Source: a virus
Length of the DNA stretch: 64,000 nucleotides
IMG/VR virus record: IMGVR_UViG_3300035698_025300
Reading direction: 5' to 3' (one strand)
Shown: positions 38,844 to 46,053 of the stretch, in pieces
Layout: the number at the start of each line of letters is the position of its first letter
How positions within the stretch are numbered: position 1 is the stretch's first letter
The notes under the pieces: model-generated
Told to the model about the DNA's origin: nothing
The model's database searches: none
Seen by the model: the letters and a program-made list of their open reading frames with translations, nothing else
Translations under genes and position numbers: made by a program

Positions 38844-39104
38844 ATGAAAGCTATAGTAATAATTTTTCTACTGATGATAGCGATAGGTGCTTCTGGTTGT
38901 AGCACGGCTCAATCTCACAATATGTATGAAAACAAGAGTATTGGTCCTTCAACTCATTATGAAGGGCCTGCGGATTATAAAAGGACTAGAATCGAGATTA
39001 GGCGAGGTTCAGGTAATAAGATTGAGATTTACCCGTCCAAGAACAGTCGAAGATTTAGGATAACCAAAACGAATGGACGAATAATAGTGGAGGCTTTGGA
39101 TTAA
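38844..39104 (+). CDS. small lipoprotein-like protein
   Basis: Hydrophobic N-terminus with ASGC lipobox. Confidence 0.6.
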   Translation: MKAIVIIFLLMIAIGASGCSTAQSHNMYENKSIGPSTHYEGPADYKRTRIEIRRGSGNKIEIYPSKNSRRFRITKTNGRIIVEALD

Positions 39105-39105
39105 T

Positions 39106-39858
39106 ATGAAAAATACAAATAGCAATGTAGTAAATAACGGGTGGAGACCAAAATATATAATACTTACCATTTTACTGATGGTCTCAACATTTTGCGTTGG
39201 TTATAGTGTCGCTCTAAGAAAAACACAAACTACTAATGTGAATCAAGTAGTTAATAGTGAGTACGCAAAATTTGCAGAGATTGCTAAGAGTTTAAATGAA
39301 GGTGATTCTGTAATAATAACTATTGATGAGGGAACTACCCCAGGGGTTCGCACAACAAGTGAGGGAAATAAAGACATAGTTATTAAGTCTGACAAGTGGT
39401 ACGGTAGATTCTTGTCTTGGTTTGGTTTAGGAGCAACAGAAGCAGCAGTTAAAGACCAAGGTTTTGATATAGGTTCCGGCGGAGAAGAAGCACAATTTGC
39501 AAAACAGAAAGGTTATGGAATCTTAGAGAGTTTGTGGTCTAAAATTAAGTCGCTTTTCTGGGGAGTCGGTTTCGCCCTCTTACTACTAGGCGTTTTGACC
39601 TTTGTTCCTGTCGTTGGGCCTATTGCCTCTGGAATACTGAGATTCATCGCCAGTTTGATTCCTATGGTCGGAAGCGCTGTAGAACGCATAGTTGCTTATT
39701 TCAAGTCCGAGAAGCCTCTAAAGCAAACTGTGGCAGGCGTACAGAATTATAAGGATAATCTTGAGGCGACAGAAAAAGAGAAGTTAAAAGACGAATTAAT
39801 TAAAGCTCAAGACCAAGGATCTAGAGATGTTATTAAAAAGGTAAAAAATAAGATTTAG
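39106..39858 (+). CDS. membrane protein
   Basis: N-terminal TM segment plus a C-terminal hydrophobic hairpin. Confidence 0.65.
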   Translation: MKNTNSNVVNNGWRPKYIILTILLMVSTFCVGYSVALRKTQTTNVNQVVNSEYAKFAEIAKSLNEGDSVIITIDEGTTPGVRTTSEGNKDIVIKSDKWYGRFLSWFGLGATEAAVKDQGFDIGSGGEEAQFAKQKGYGILESLWSKIKSLFWGVGFALLLLGVLTFVPVVGPIASGILRFIASLIPMVGSAVERIVAYFKSEKPLKQTVAGVQNYKDNLEATEKEKLKDELIKAQDQGSRDVIKKVKNKI

Positions 39859-39879
39859 TATTTTTGAATAGACACAGAG

Positions 39880-39909
39880 AAGGGCGGGATTTATTCCTGC
39901 CCTTTTTTT
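39880..39909 (+). terminator. terminator between convergent genes
   Basis: AAGGGCGGGA...TTCCTGCCCTT followed by a T-run. Confidence 0.75.
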
Positions 39910-40931
39910 ATTGTCAGTGGTATGCAAGAAACATCATAGTTGTTAGTAAGTATATCGGAAACCAGTTTTTGCTTTTCTTTGCTTTCTACTAATATTTGAG
40001 CGGAACCGTCTCCTTGAGAACCTACCCCTTTTGCTCCAAGTATATGATCTGATATTAAATTGGAGTTAATGATTTTGTGTAGTATAGGAGCTTGTAGTTC
40101 TTTACAGGTTGGGGCCAACATATCGTCAAAATCTTTTTGAGACTTAACTAAAGCTTTTCCTAGTCCAGAATTGTCTCCATTTTCTATTAGTTTTTTTGCA
40201 TTAAGCACATTTGCTTTGTTGATTGGACCTAAGCACTTGTGTTTTTCTTTTTCTTGGACGGTTGACGGGAACGGAAAACCGGAGTTTAGACTAGATAATA
40301 TTTTTTTTGTATTTTTGCTGGAATGAAGATCAACGATAATCATATAAAGATCATTTTTTGGATATATTTCTTCTACTTCTATGTTATCTCCATCAAATTC
40401 TATTAGGACAGGATTTGAATAGGCACATGCTTGATCTAATTTTCCACAACGTGAAGGTGTAGTTACCTCTCCTAGATATGCTATTTCCATTTCTCTTTTT
40501 GTGGTCCAGTTTAGATCGCATATGGTATTATAGGCTTTTGCTACCAATACGCATATCGACGCTGAGCTAGATAGCCCCTTCTTTAGGGGCAGGTCTGTTT
40601 TGTAGTTATTTATTACGACGCCTGGTATATTTTCATAAGAACTGAGTATTTGATAGAGAACACCACATATGTAGCTGAAATACCCTCCTTTTTGAGCGGA
40701 AAGTTTTAATTTTTCTACATCATAAGGTATTTCTGTGGTGGTCCCATTTTGCGTAAAAAGCAGGCTAGGCTTGTCGTGTCTTTCGATGGACGCATAGTTC
40801 CCCCGATTGGTTGGGGCAACAATTGCATAACCTTTTTCTATATCAGAGTTTTGGCGCCGGTGGCCAGCAGCCCAATCGCTGTGTTCCCCAAGAACACAGA
40901 GTCTACCAGGAACAAATATATTTTTTGACAT
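39891..40931 (-). CDS. GHMP-family sugar kinase (galactokinase-like)
   Basis: VPGRLCVLGEHSDW, LPLKKGLSSSAS, CGKLDQ, GAKGVGSQGDG. Confidence 0.85.
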   Translation of the reverse strand: MSKNIFVPGRLCVLGEHSDWAAGHRRQNSDIEKGYAIVAPTNRGNYASIERHDKPSLLFTQNGTTTEIPYDVEKLKLSAQKGGYFSYICGVLYQILSSYENIPGVVINNYKTDLPLKKGLSSSASICVLVAKAYNTICDLNWTTKREMEIAYLGEVTTPSRCGKLDQACAYSNPVLIEFDGDNIEVEEIYPKNDLYMIIVDLHSSKNTKKILSSLNSGFPFPSTVQEKEKHKCLGPINKANVLNAKKLIENGDNSGLGKALVKSQKDFDDMLAPTCKELQAPILHKIINSNLISDHILGAKGVGSQGDGSAQILVESKEKQKLVSDILTNNYDVSCIPLTIKKGQE

Positions 40932-41026
40932 TGTTTTTCCTAATTTATTTACTGATTATAAAATCGGCATAATCCGGGTATTTCTTGCTGTGTGGCTGTT
41001 TGTAGTCTATAATAAAATATATTCCA

Positions 41027-41416
41027 TTGTCTGTTTTAAGGATAGATATCATGAATTTGGAAATTGTTTTCGAAGATCCGATACACAAATTTGACGATAT
41101 GCATTTTGTTATGATTGATGTGAAGTCTCTTGATGACGCATGGCAGAGCGACCCTTTTTATATACGCTCGAAAAGTGAGGGTAATTCAAAGTATGCAGAA
41201 GCTTTAGACTACATATGCAATTTAAAATCTTGTGCTTCACCTCACATTGGACTTGACTCTGAAGGGAAGGTTGGGTTTTTTGATGGGCGTCATCGTTTTG
41301 CTGTTTTGCGTGATTTAGGGCTTAAATCAATCAAAGTGGCTGTTAGCAAAGAAGATTATTCAAAAATTAAAAGGCTTTTTGAAGCGTCAGTTGGAGTTTT
41401 TGGAGTCATTATTTAG
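41027..41416 (+). CDS. ParB/Srx-like domain protein
   Basis: VGFFDGRHRFAVLRDLG. Confidence 0.55.
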   Translation: MSVLRIDIMNLEIVFEDPIHKFDDMHFVMIDVKSLDDAWQSDPFYIRSKSEGNSKYAEALDYICNLKSCASPHIGLDSEGKVGFFDGRHRFAVLRDLGLKSIKVAVSKEDYSKIKRLFEASVGVFGVII

Positions 41417-41426
41417 GAGTTTTACT

Positions 41427-42455
41427 ATGCGAAAAGTATTTTTATCTTTGGTTGTTTTATTTATGGTCGTGTTGTCAGGATGCTCGTCAAGTTATGTGCT
41501 TCGAGATGAAAGTGGGAAAATTATCGGAGCGGCAGAGCCTATCACGAAAAAGGCCGCTGATAATTATCGAAAGGCTAGGAACCAGTCTGATAGTCGTAAA
41601 CCGGCACCAAAAACAGCTATTGCCGAGAAGGGGATAAGTTCTCACGTATCGGTTGTAACCAGTGCCGGTCAGGGGTCTGGAATTGTTATAAAAAGAAATA
41701 ATATCACCTATGTTTTGACGACAGCACACGGTTTAATGCGTGCGTCAGAAAAATTTACGCCAAAAAAAGTGGACCATCCAGCTAAGCCGATAAACCCCTT
41801 ACCAACAAAAACTTTAGGACCAGATAATATTGGAGCAGAAGGGTGGGCTAAGAATTCCTTGTCTTTGGACAATTTATATTCTCGCCTTAAGAGCACAGGA
41901 ATAGTTGAAACCGAAGATTTAGATCTCGATCTCGATACAATAGGCTTAGACGTCAGCGCTGGTTACAAGAAGGTTTGCGGAATGTGGTTTCAAACAAATA
42001 ATATTAATGTTGTGAAATATGAATTTCGTCAATCAGGTAAATCTGTTAAATACAGCAAGGCTGTAGCAATAAATATAGATCCATTATATGACATAGCTAT
42101 TTTGAGAATTGAAAACGGACACAAGCTTGCGGTTAAAGGTGCTGATTTTTATGACGGCGTAGATAGAATTGCCATTGGGTCAGATGTTTTCCATTGTGGT
42201 AATATGTTGGGCTTGTTGCCAGAAACACTCACTAAAGGGATCGTTTCTCATAATAACAGAGGAGCCGGTCAGTACCTACAACTTGATTGCTACGCGATTT
42301 ATGGATCATCTGGTGGTGGAGTGTATGAGGCATCTAGCGGCAAGTGCGTTGGAATGGTGAGGAGCATATATTCACCAAATATGACGATGGCCATTTCCAT
42401 TGAGTTCATAAGACTGTGGGCTCATACTCGAAATTTGGATAACCTTTTTGAGTAA
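41427..42455 (+). CDS. trypsin-like serine protease with lipoprotein signal
   Basis: LSGC lipobox; GSG, LTTAH, DIAIL, GSSGGG. Confidence 0.85.
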   Translation: MRKVFLSLVVLFMVVLSGCSSSYVLRDESGKIIGAAEPITKKAADNYRKARNQSDSRKPAPKTAIAEKGISSHVSVVTSAGQGSGIVIKRNNITYVLTTAHGLMRASEKFTPKKVDHPAKPINPLPTKTLGPDNIGAEGWAKNSLSLDNLYSRLKSTGIVETEDLDLDLDTIGLDVSAGYKKVCGMWFQTNNINVVKYEFRQSGKSVKYSKAVAINIDPLYDIAILRIENGHKLAVKGADFYDGVDRIAIGSDVFHCGNMLGLLPETLTKGIVSHNNRGAGQYLQLDCYAIYGSSGGGVYEASSGKCVGMVRSIYSPNMTMAISIEFIRLWAHTRNLDNLFE

Positions 42456-42503
42456 CCCCTGAAACATTGATTAATTTTGTGTAAAAGAAAAAGTATTTTC
42501 TTG

Positions 42504-42532
42504 TTGCTCCCGCGAGCGATAGATTGTATAAT
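42504..42532 (+). promoter_or_regulatory. sigma70 promoter of leader 3
   Basis: TTGCTC-17-TATAAT. Confidence 0.8.
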
Positions 42533-42574
42533 GATATAGTAAGAGATAAATTCTTGCATATAGGATAAATTCAG

Positions 42575-42694
42575 ATGAATACTGCAACACAACAATTTGA
42601 AGGCGTAGCTATAGTCAATAAGACTGTCTCGCAATCTTTGTATTCATCGTTATCCTATCTCTCTAGTAGTTTATCTAGTTATTGTTTGCTGTAA
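42575..42694 (+). CDS. leader peptide 3, MNTATQQFEGVAIVNKTVSQSLYSSLSYLSSSLSSYCLL
   Basis: RBS AGGA; 39 codons before the Leu/Tyr/Cys/Ser tRNA array. Confidence 0.8.
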   Translation: MNTATQQFEGVAIVNKTVSQSLYSSLSYLSSSLSSYCLL

Positions 42695-42701
42695 TCACGC
42701 A

Positions 42702-42751
42702 AACTCGGACGGCTAGAAAACGAATTCTCTGTATTCCCCGTTTGGGTTCTT
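42702..42751 (+). terminator. attenuator hairpin 3
   Basis: AACTCGGACGG/CCGTTTGGGTT with a short U-tract. Confidence 0.6.
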
Positions 42752-42775
42752 GACAAGTAAATAGTGTAAATATGC

Positions 42776-42852
42776 GCCCACGTAGGCAAATTGGTAAAGT
42801 CTGTTGGTTCAAAACCAGCGTAATTTTGGAGGTTCGATTCCTCTCGTGGGTA
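42776..42852 (+). tRNA. tRNA-Leu(CAA), short variable arm
   Basis: Loop TTCAAAA. Confidence 0.85.
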
Positions 42853-42857
42853 GTATC

Positions 42858-42930
42858 GCCTCGGTAGGCCAAAGGCAGAGTCAGCGGATTTAAAATCCGT
42901 ACAGTGTGGGTTCGAATCCCACCCGAGGCA
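42858..42930 (+). tRNA. tRNA-Leu(TAA), 5-nt variable loop
   Basis: Loop TTTAAAA. Confidence 0.85.
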
Positions 42931-42943
42931 TTGTAAAATAGAT

Positions 42944-43019
42944 GCCGCGTAGGCAAATTGGTAAAGTCTGTTGGTTCAAAACCAGCGTAATTTTGGAGGT
43001 TCGATTCCTCTCGCCGGTA
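42944..43019 (+). tRNA. tRNA-Leu(CAA) duplicate with altered acceptor stem
   Basis: Body identical to 42776-42852. Confidence 0.75.
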
Positions 43020-43028
43020 GTTAGATTA

Positions 43029-43117
43029 GGGTTCTGTTCCATACGGCGGTCTGTAAAACCGTTGCCTGAAAAATATGTATGGCGGTCGGGCGAGTGGTTC
43101 AACTCCTCCAGAACTCA
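43029..43117 (+). tRNA. D-armless tRNA-Tyr(GTA)-like RNA
   Basis: 8-bp acceptor, loop CTGTAAA, no D-arm, long variable arm. Confidence 0.65.
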
Positions 43118-43191
43118 TGATTCTATGAAGAGATAAATCGGCCCAGCGAAAGCGATTGTAGGTTCGATTCCTATCTTGCTCAGTAATTTTT

Positions 43192-43276
43192 GGAAGTGTG
43201 ACCGAGTGGATAATTGTAGCAGACTGCAAATCTGCCGAGCGTATGCCCTTCGTAAGTTCGAATCTTACCGCTTCCG
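43192..43276 (+). tRNA. tRNA with GCA (Cys) anticodon, long variable arm and G73
   Basis: Loop CTGCAAA. Confidence 0.8.
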
Positions 43277-43284
43277 TTTCTATT

Positions 43285-43367
43285 GGAAGGTAATGCAGCA
43301 TTGGTAGCTGTGCTGGTCTGCTAAGCCAAGTGTATGAAAATATCAGGTTCGATTCCTGTGCCTTCCG
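43285..43367 (+). tRNA. 8/4 tRNA-Ser(GCT)
   Basis: GGAAGGTA/TGCCTTCC, T-stem CAGG/CCTG, extended D-stem, G73. Confidence 0.85.
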
Positions 43368-43377
43368 TTGATTACCT

Positions 43378-43471
43378 GGAGCGCGTGACAGCTATTGGCA
43401 GGGCTGTGCTGGTTCTGAAAACCAGTTGGCGTCTTGATGGCGTCATGCAGGTTCGATTCCTGTCCGCTCCG
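43378..43471 (+). tRNA. tRNA-Ser(TGA), 8/4-like
   Basis: Loop TCTGAAA, T-stem CAGG/CCTG, G73, one acceptor mismatch. Confidence 0.8.
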
Positions 43472-43493
43472 TTGCTCTTAGAAGTGTGAAGTT

Positions 43494-43577
43494 GGCACGG
43501 TGGCTGAGTGGTTAAAGCGGCGGTCTGCAAAATCGTTACGCCCGCAAGGGGCGTGGGTTCGAATCCCACCCGTGCCT
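43494..43577 (+). tRNA. tRNA-Cys(GCA) with long variable arm, U73
   Basis: Loop CTGCAAA. Confidence 0.85.
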
Positions 43578-43582
43578 TTATT

Positions 43583-43672
43583 GGAAGGTAGCCGGATATT
43601 GGCTAGTCGGGGCTGGCCGGAAACCAGTTGGGCGCGTCTCGCGTCCTGAGAGTTCGATTCTCTTGCCTTCCG
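43583..43672 (+). tRNA. 8/4 tRNA-Ser(GGA)
   Basis: GGAAGGTA/TGCCTTCC, T-stem AGAG/CTCT, loop CCGGAAA. Confidence 0.85.
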
Positions 43673-43677
43673 CTTAT

Positions 43678-43759
43678 GGAGCATAGGTAGAAAGGTTCTT
43701 AACGGGTTTCGAAAGCCCGCCCAGCCTTTGGGCTGAAGGTTCGATTCCTTTATGCTCCG
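43678..43759 (+). tRNA. 8/4 tRNA-Ser(CGA)
   Basis: GGAGCATA/TATGCTCC, T-stem AAGG/CCTT, loop TTCGAAA. Confidence 0.82.
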
Positions 43760-43895
43760 TCTTAATCATCAGACATTGTATTTATTATGCAATTTATATT
43801 CTGCGGTAAAATAGTTTATGTTGCCGAATAAGTAAAAGGAATTTGCCGTTATTGTTACAAATAAAAGATACTTATTAGTTTAACGGGAACATAAT

Positions 43896-45752
43896 ATGGA
43901 TAAATTATCTCAGTCTTCTGTAACATTGGAAAATGCAGTTAAAAGCGATACAGGTCAGCCAATCGTTACCATAAAAGGGAACACTTACCCCATTAGAAAA
44001 GAGCTAGGTCGTAGCGGGTTGGGATTTACTTGGTATCGTGGAGGCAATTTCTGGTGGATGTTTAAAAGTCGGTTCGATGCCAAGAAAGATTTTATACTAC
44101 CTAAAATACAATCTCTTGGTATTGATATTTCTAATTTTAAAGATGTAGACGCTTCTTCAGCAGCATCTGCAACCGACAATAGCAATCAGTCCGCATCTTC
44201 CGAGACAGCTAAAGAGTCCGATTTGACAGACAAGACAACTGTTACTGACAATTATTCGTATACTAATTTTCCCGTTAATGACAATATTTACACAACAACT
44301 ATACCGGCTTTACATCAGGGAAAAAACATTGAGTTGAAGGTTCAGTTCGGTCGTAATAGGGATGAAAAGTATAGAAAAACTATTCCTAGATATATTATAC
44401 AGATTTTTTATAAAGATATTTTGGTACGAAAGAAAGAAGGGGCTCCACCGAAAGGATCTAAGTGGACTAAGGCCGGTCCTAATTATAACGAAGATGATAT
44501 AGTTAGAAGAGTTTTAGAGGCTATCCCGTCTTGGGCAGACAATCCTAAGTCTGCTTTATATGAGCATATAGAGTACGAAGACGTAGCCGAGAATCGTGGA
44601 GCAGATTTACAGGGAGTTTTTGATACTTTATCTGAATCATTTGGAGCAGATGTTTCTGATAAATTTCCTGATAGAAGTATACGCCTAGATGTTCCTCCGT
44701 ATGAGGGGGTGGTCCCTATCAAGCTAGATCCTCAGTACTATAAGACTTTGAGGGGGCTTACTGTAAATCTGTTGACTAATGTGGATCATAGATTGGCTCC
44801 AAGGCCAGGAAAACTCGCTAGAATAGACATACCAGTTACTGAGGGGACTATTTCAGATGTTCTTAGGTATGTAGACGATTATATTTTACAGAACCAGCAG
44901 AAAATAAAAGAATCATATTTAGAATATTTAAAGTCTTTCGCTTATACAAAAGAGCAGGAAGAGCAATTTTCTTCAGAGTTTGGGGAAGTTTTAGACAGAA
45001 TTGTAAATAATAACGTTGATGTATCTTTCTTTAAGAGGCAATTACTTGAGCTTGGTTTTATTCGGCCAAGCAAACGGCAGAAGGCCACTGGTCCAGGCGT
45101 GGCTCCACAGGGAGCTTTTAAACTTATTATAGATGATAAAGCTATCCGTGATGCTTCTTTGAGGTGGAAGAGCGCTGATTTAAACGATCCAAAGTATATA
45201 TATGCTGCTATAGCTTACAATTTGATGCGTATTAAGCATAGGAATATTGGCTACATGCCTATTCTTTTGGACGATGCATACCGCGCTGTGGCTTCTTTGC
45301 TTAAGAGATTTTTTGATGCAAATATAACTAACCAGCAGGTTGCGTCTTTTGTTGATTCGGTTGCTAGGGGCATATTTAAAGATTTAACCGGCAGGAGTTA
45401 TCGCAGTTTTGACGAGGTATACTCTGATTTTTATTCTGGCAATTGGAACTCGGATCAACAATCTACAGAAACTGGGCAGTTTGTGGCAAATGTTAATAAC
45501 GCAGCTTTGACGGCTTTTGCAGATTTTATGACCTCCAATATGAATATAACCATAGAACAGGTGGTCACAAACCCAAAATCGGCTTATCGTAGATTCGCTT
45601 TACAACATCATCCGGACAGGGTTCCAAATGAACAGAAAGCAGAGGCCGAGAGGATCATGGCTGAAGCAAACGCTTTGTATGAGAATCTTCCAAGAGAAGT
45701 ATTTAGCTCGTCTAACTGGTATATAAAATCGAAGAGGTCTAAAAATGGCTAA
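43896..45752 (+). CDS. large protein with a C-terminal J-domain-like HPD motif
   Basis: SAYRRFALQHHPDR...AE..M...N..Y. Confidence 0.7.
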   Translation: MDKLSQSSVTLENAVKSDTGQPIVTIKGNTYPIRKELGRSGLGFTWYRGGNFWWMFKSRFDAKKDFILPKIQSLGIDISNFKDVDASSAASATDNSNQSASSETAKESDLTDKTTVTDNYSYTNFPVNDNIYTTTIPALHQGKNIELKVQFGRNRDEKYRKTIPRYIIQIFYKDILVRKKEGAPPKGSKWTKAGPNYNEDDIVRRVLEAIPSWADNPKSALYEHIEYEDVAENRGADLQGVFDTLSESFGADVSDKFPDRSIRLDVPPYEGVVPIKLDPQYYKTLRGLTVNLLTNVDHRLAPRPGKLARIDIPVTEGTISDVLRYVDDYILQNQQKIKESYLEYLKSFAYTKEQEEQFSSEFGEVLDRIVNNNVDVSFFKRQLLELGFIRPSKRQKATGPGVAPQGAFKLIIDDKAIRDASLRWKSADLNDPKYIYAAIAYNLMRIKHRNIGYMPILLDDAYRAVASLLKRFFDANITNQQVASFVDSVARGIFKDLTGRSYRSFDEVYSDFYSGNWNSDQQSTETGQFVANVNNAALTAFADFMTSNMNITIEQVVTNPKSAYRRFALQHHPDRVPNEQKAEAERIMAEANALYENLPREVFSSSNWYIKSKRSKNG

Positions 45753-46053
45753 AAAAGAATTAGATAAAGAATTATGGGAAAAAGCTTCAAAAGAGGGCGA
45801 GATGTCTTTTTTAAGAATGAGCAGGGCAATGAAAGACCCTCCTTTGGGAATGTCTGATAAAGTCAAGGCTAAATATGAAGAGTTAAAACTTTTCGGCTTT
45901 ATAGAAGCTCTGCCTATAGACTCTGCTCACGCTAAAGACGCATACACTGCGCTGTTCGCACAGTCAGAGTACGATCAACTTTATAAAGATAAGAATGATC
46001 CCACGAAGCTAAGCAAATGGGAAAGGATTACCGGACAGCGCCTTAAGAGTTAA
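45745..46053 (+). CDS. hypothetical protein
   Basis: ORF coupled to the previous gene. Confidence 0.65.
   Translation: MAKKELDKELWEKASKEGEMSFLRMSRAMKDPPLGMSDKVKAKYEELKLFGFIEALPIDSAHAKDAYTALFAQSEYDQLYKDKNDPTKLSKWERITGQRLKS

Noticed and set aside
42675-43684. Minus-strand ORFs across the tRNA array (similar ones at 9071-10798)
   Set aside because: They are translations of tRNA genes.
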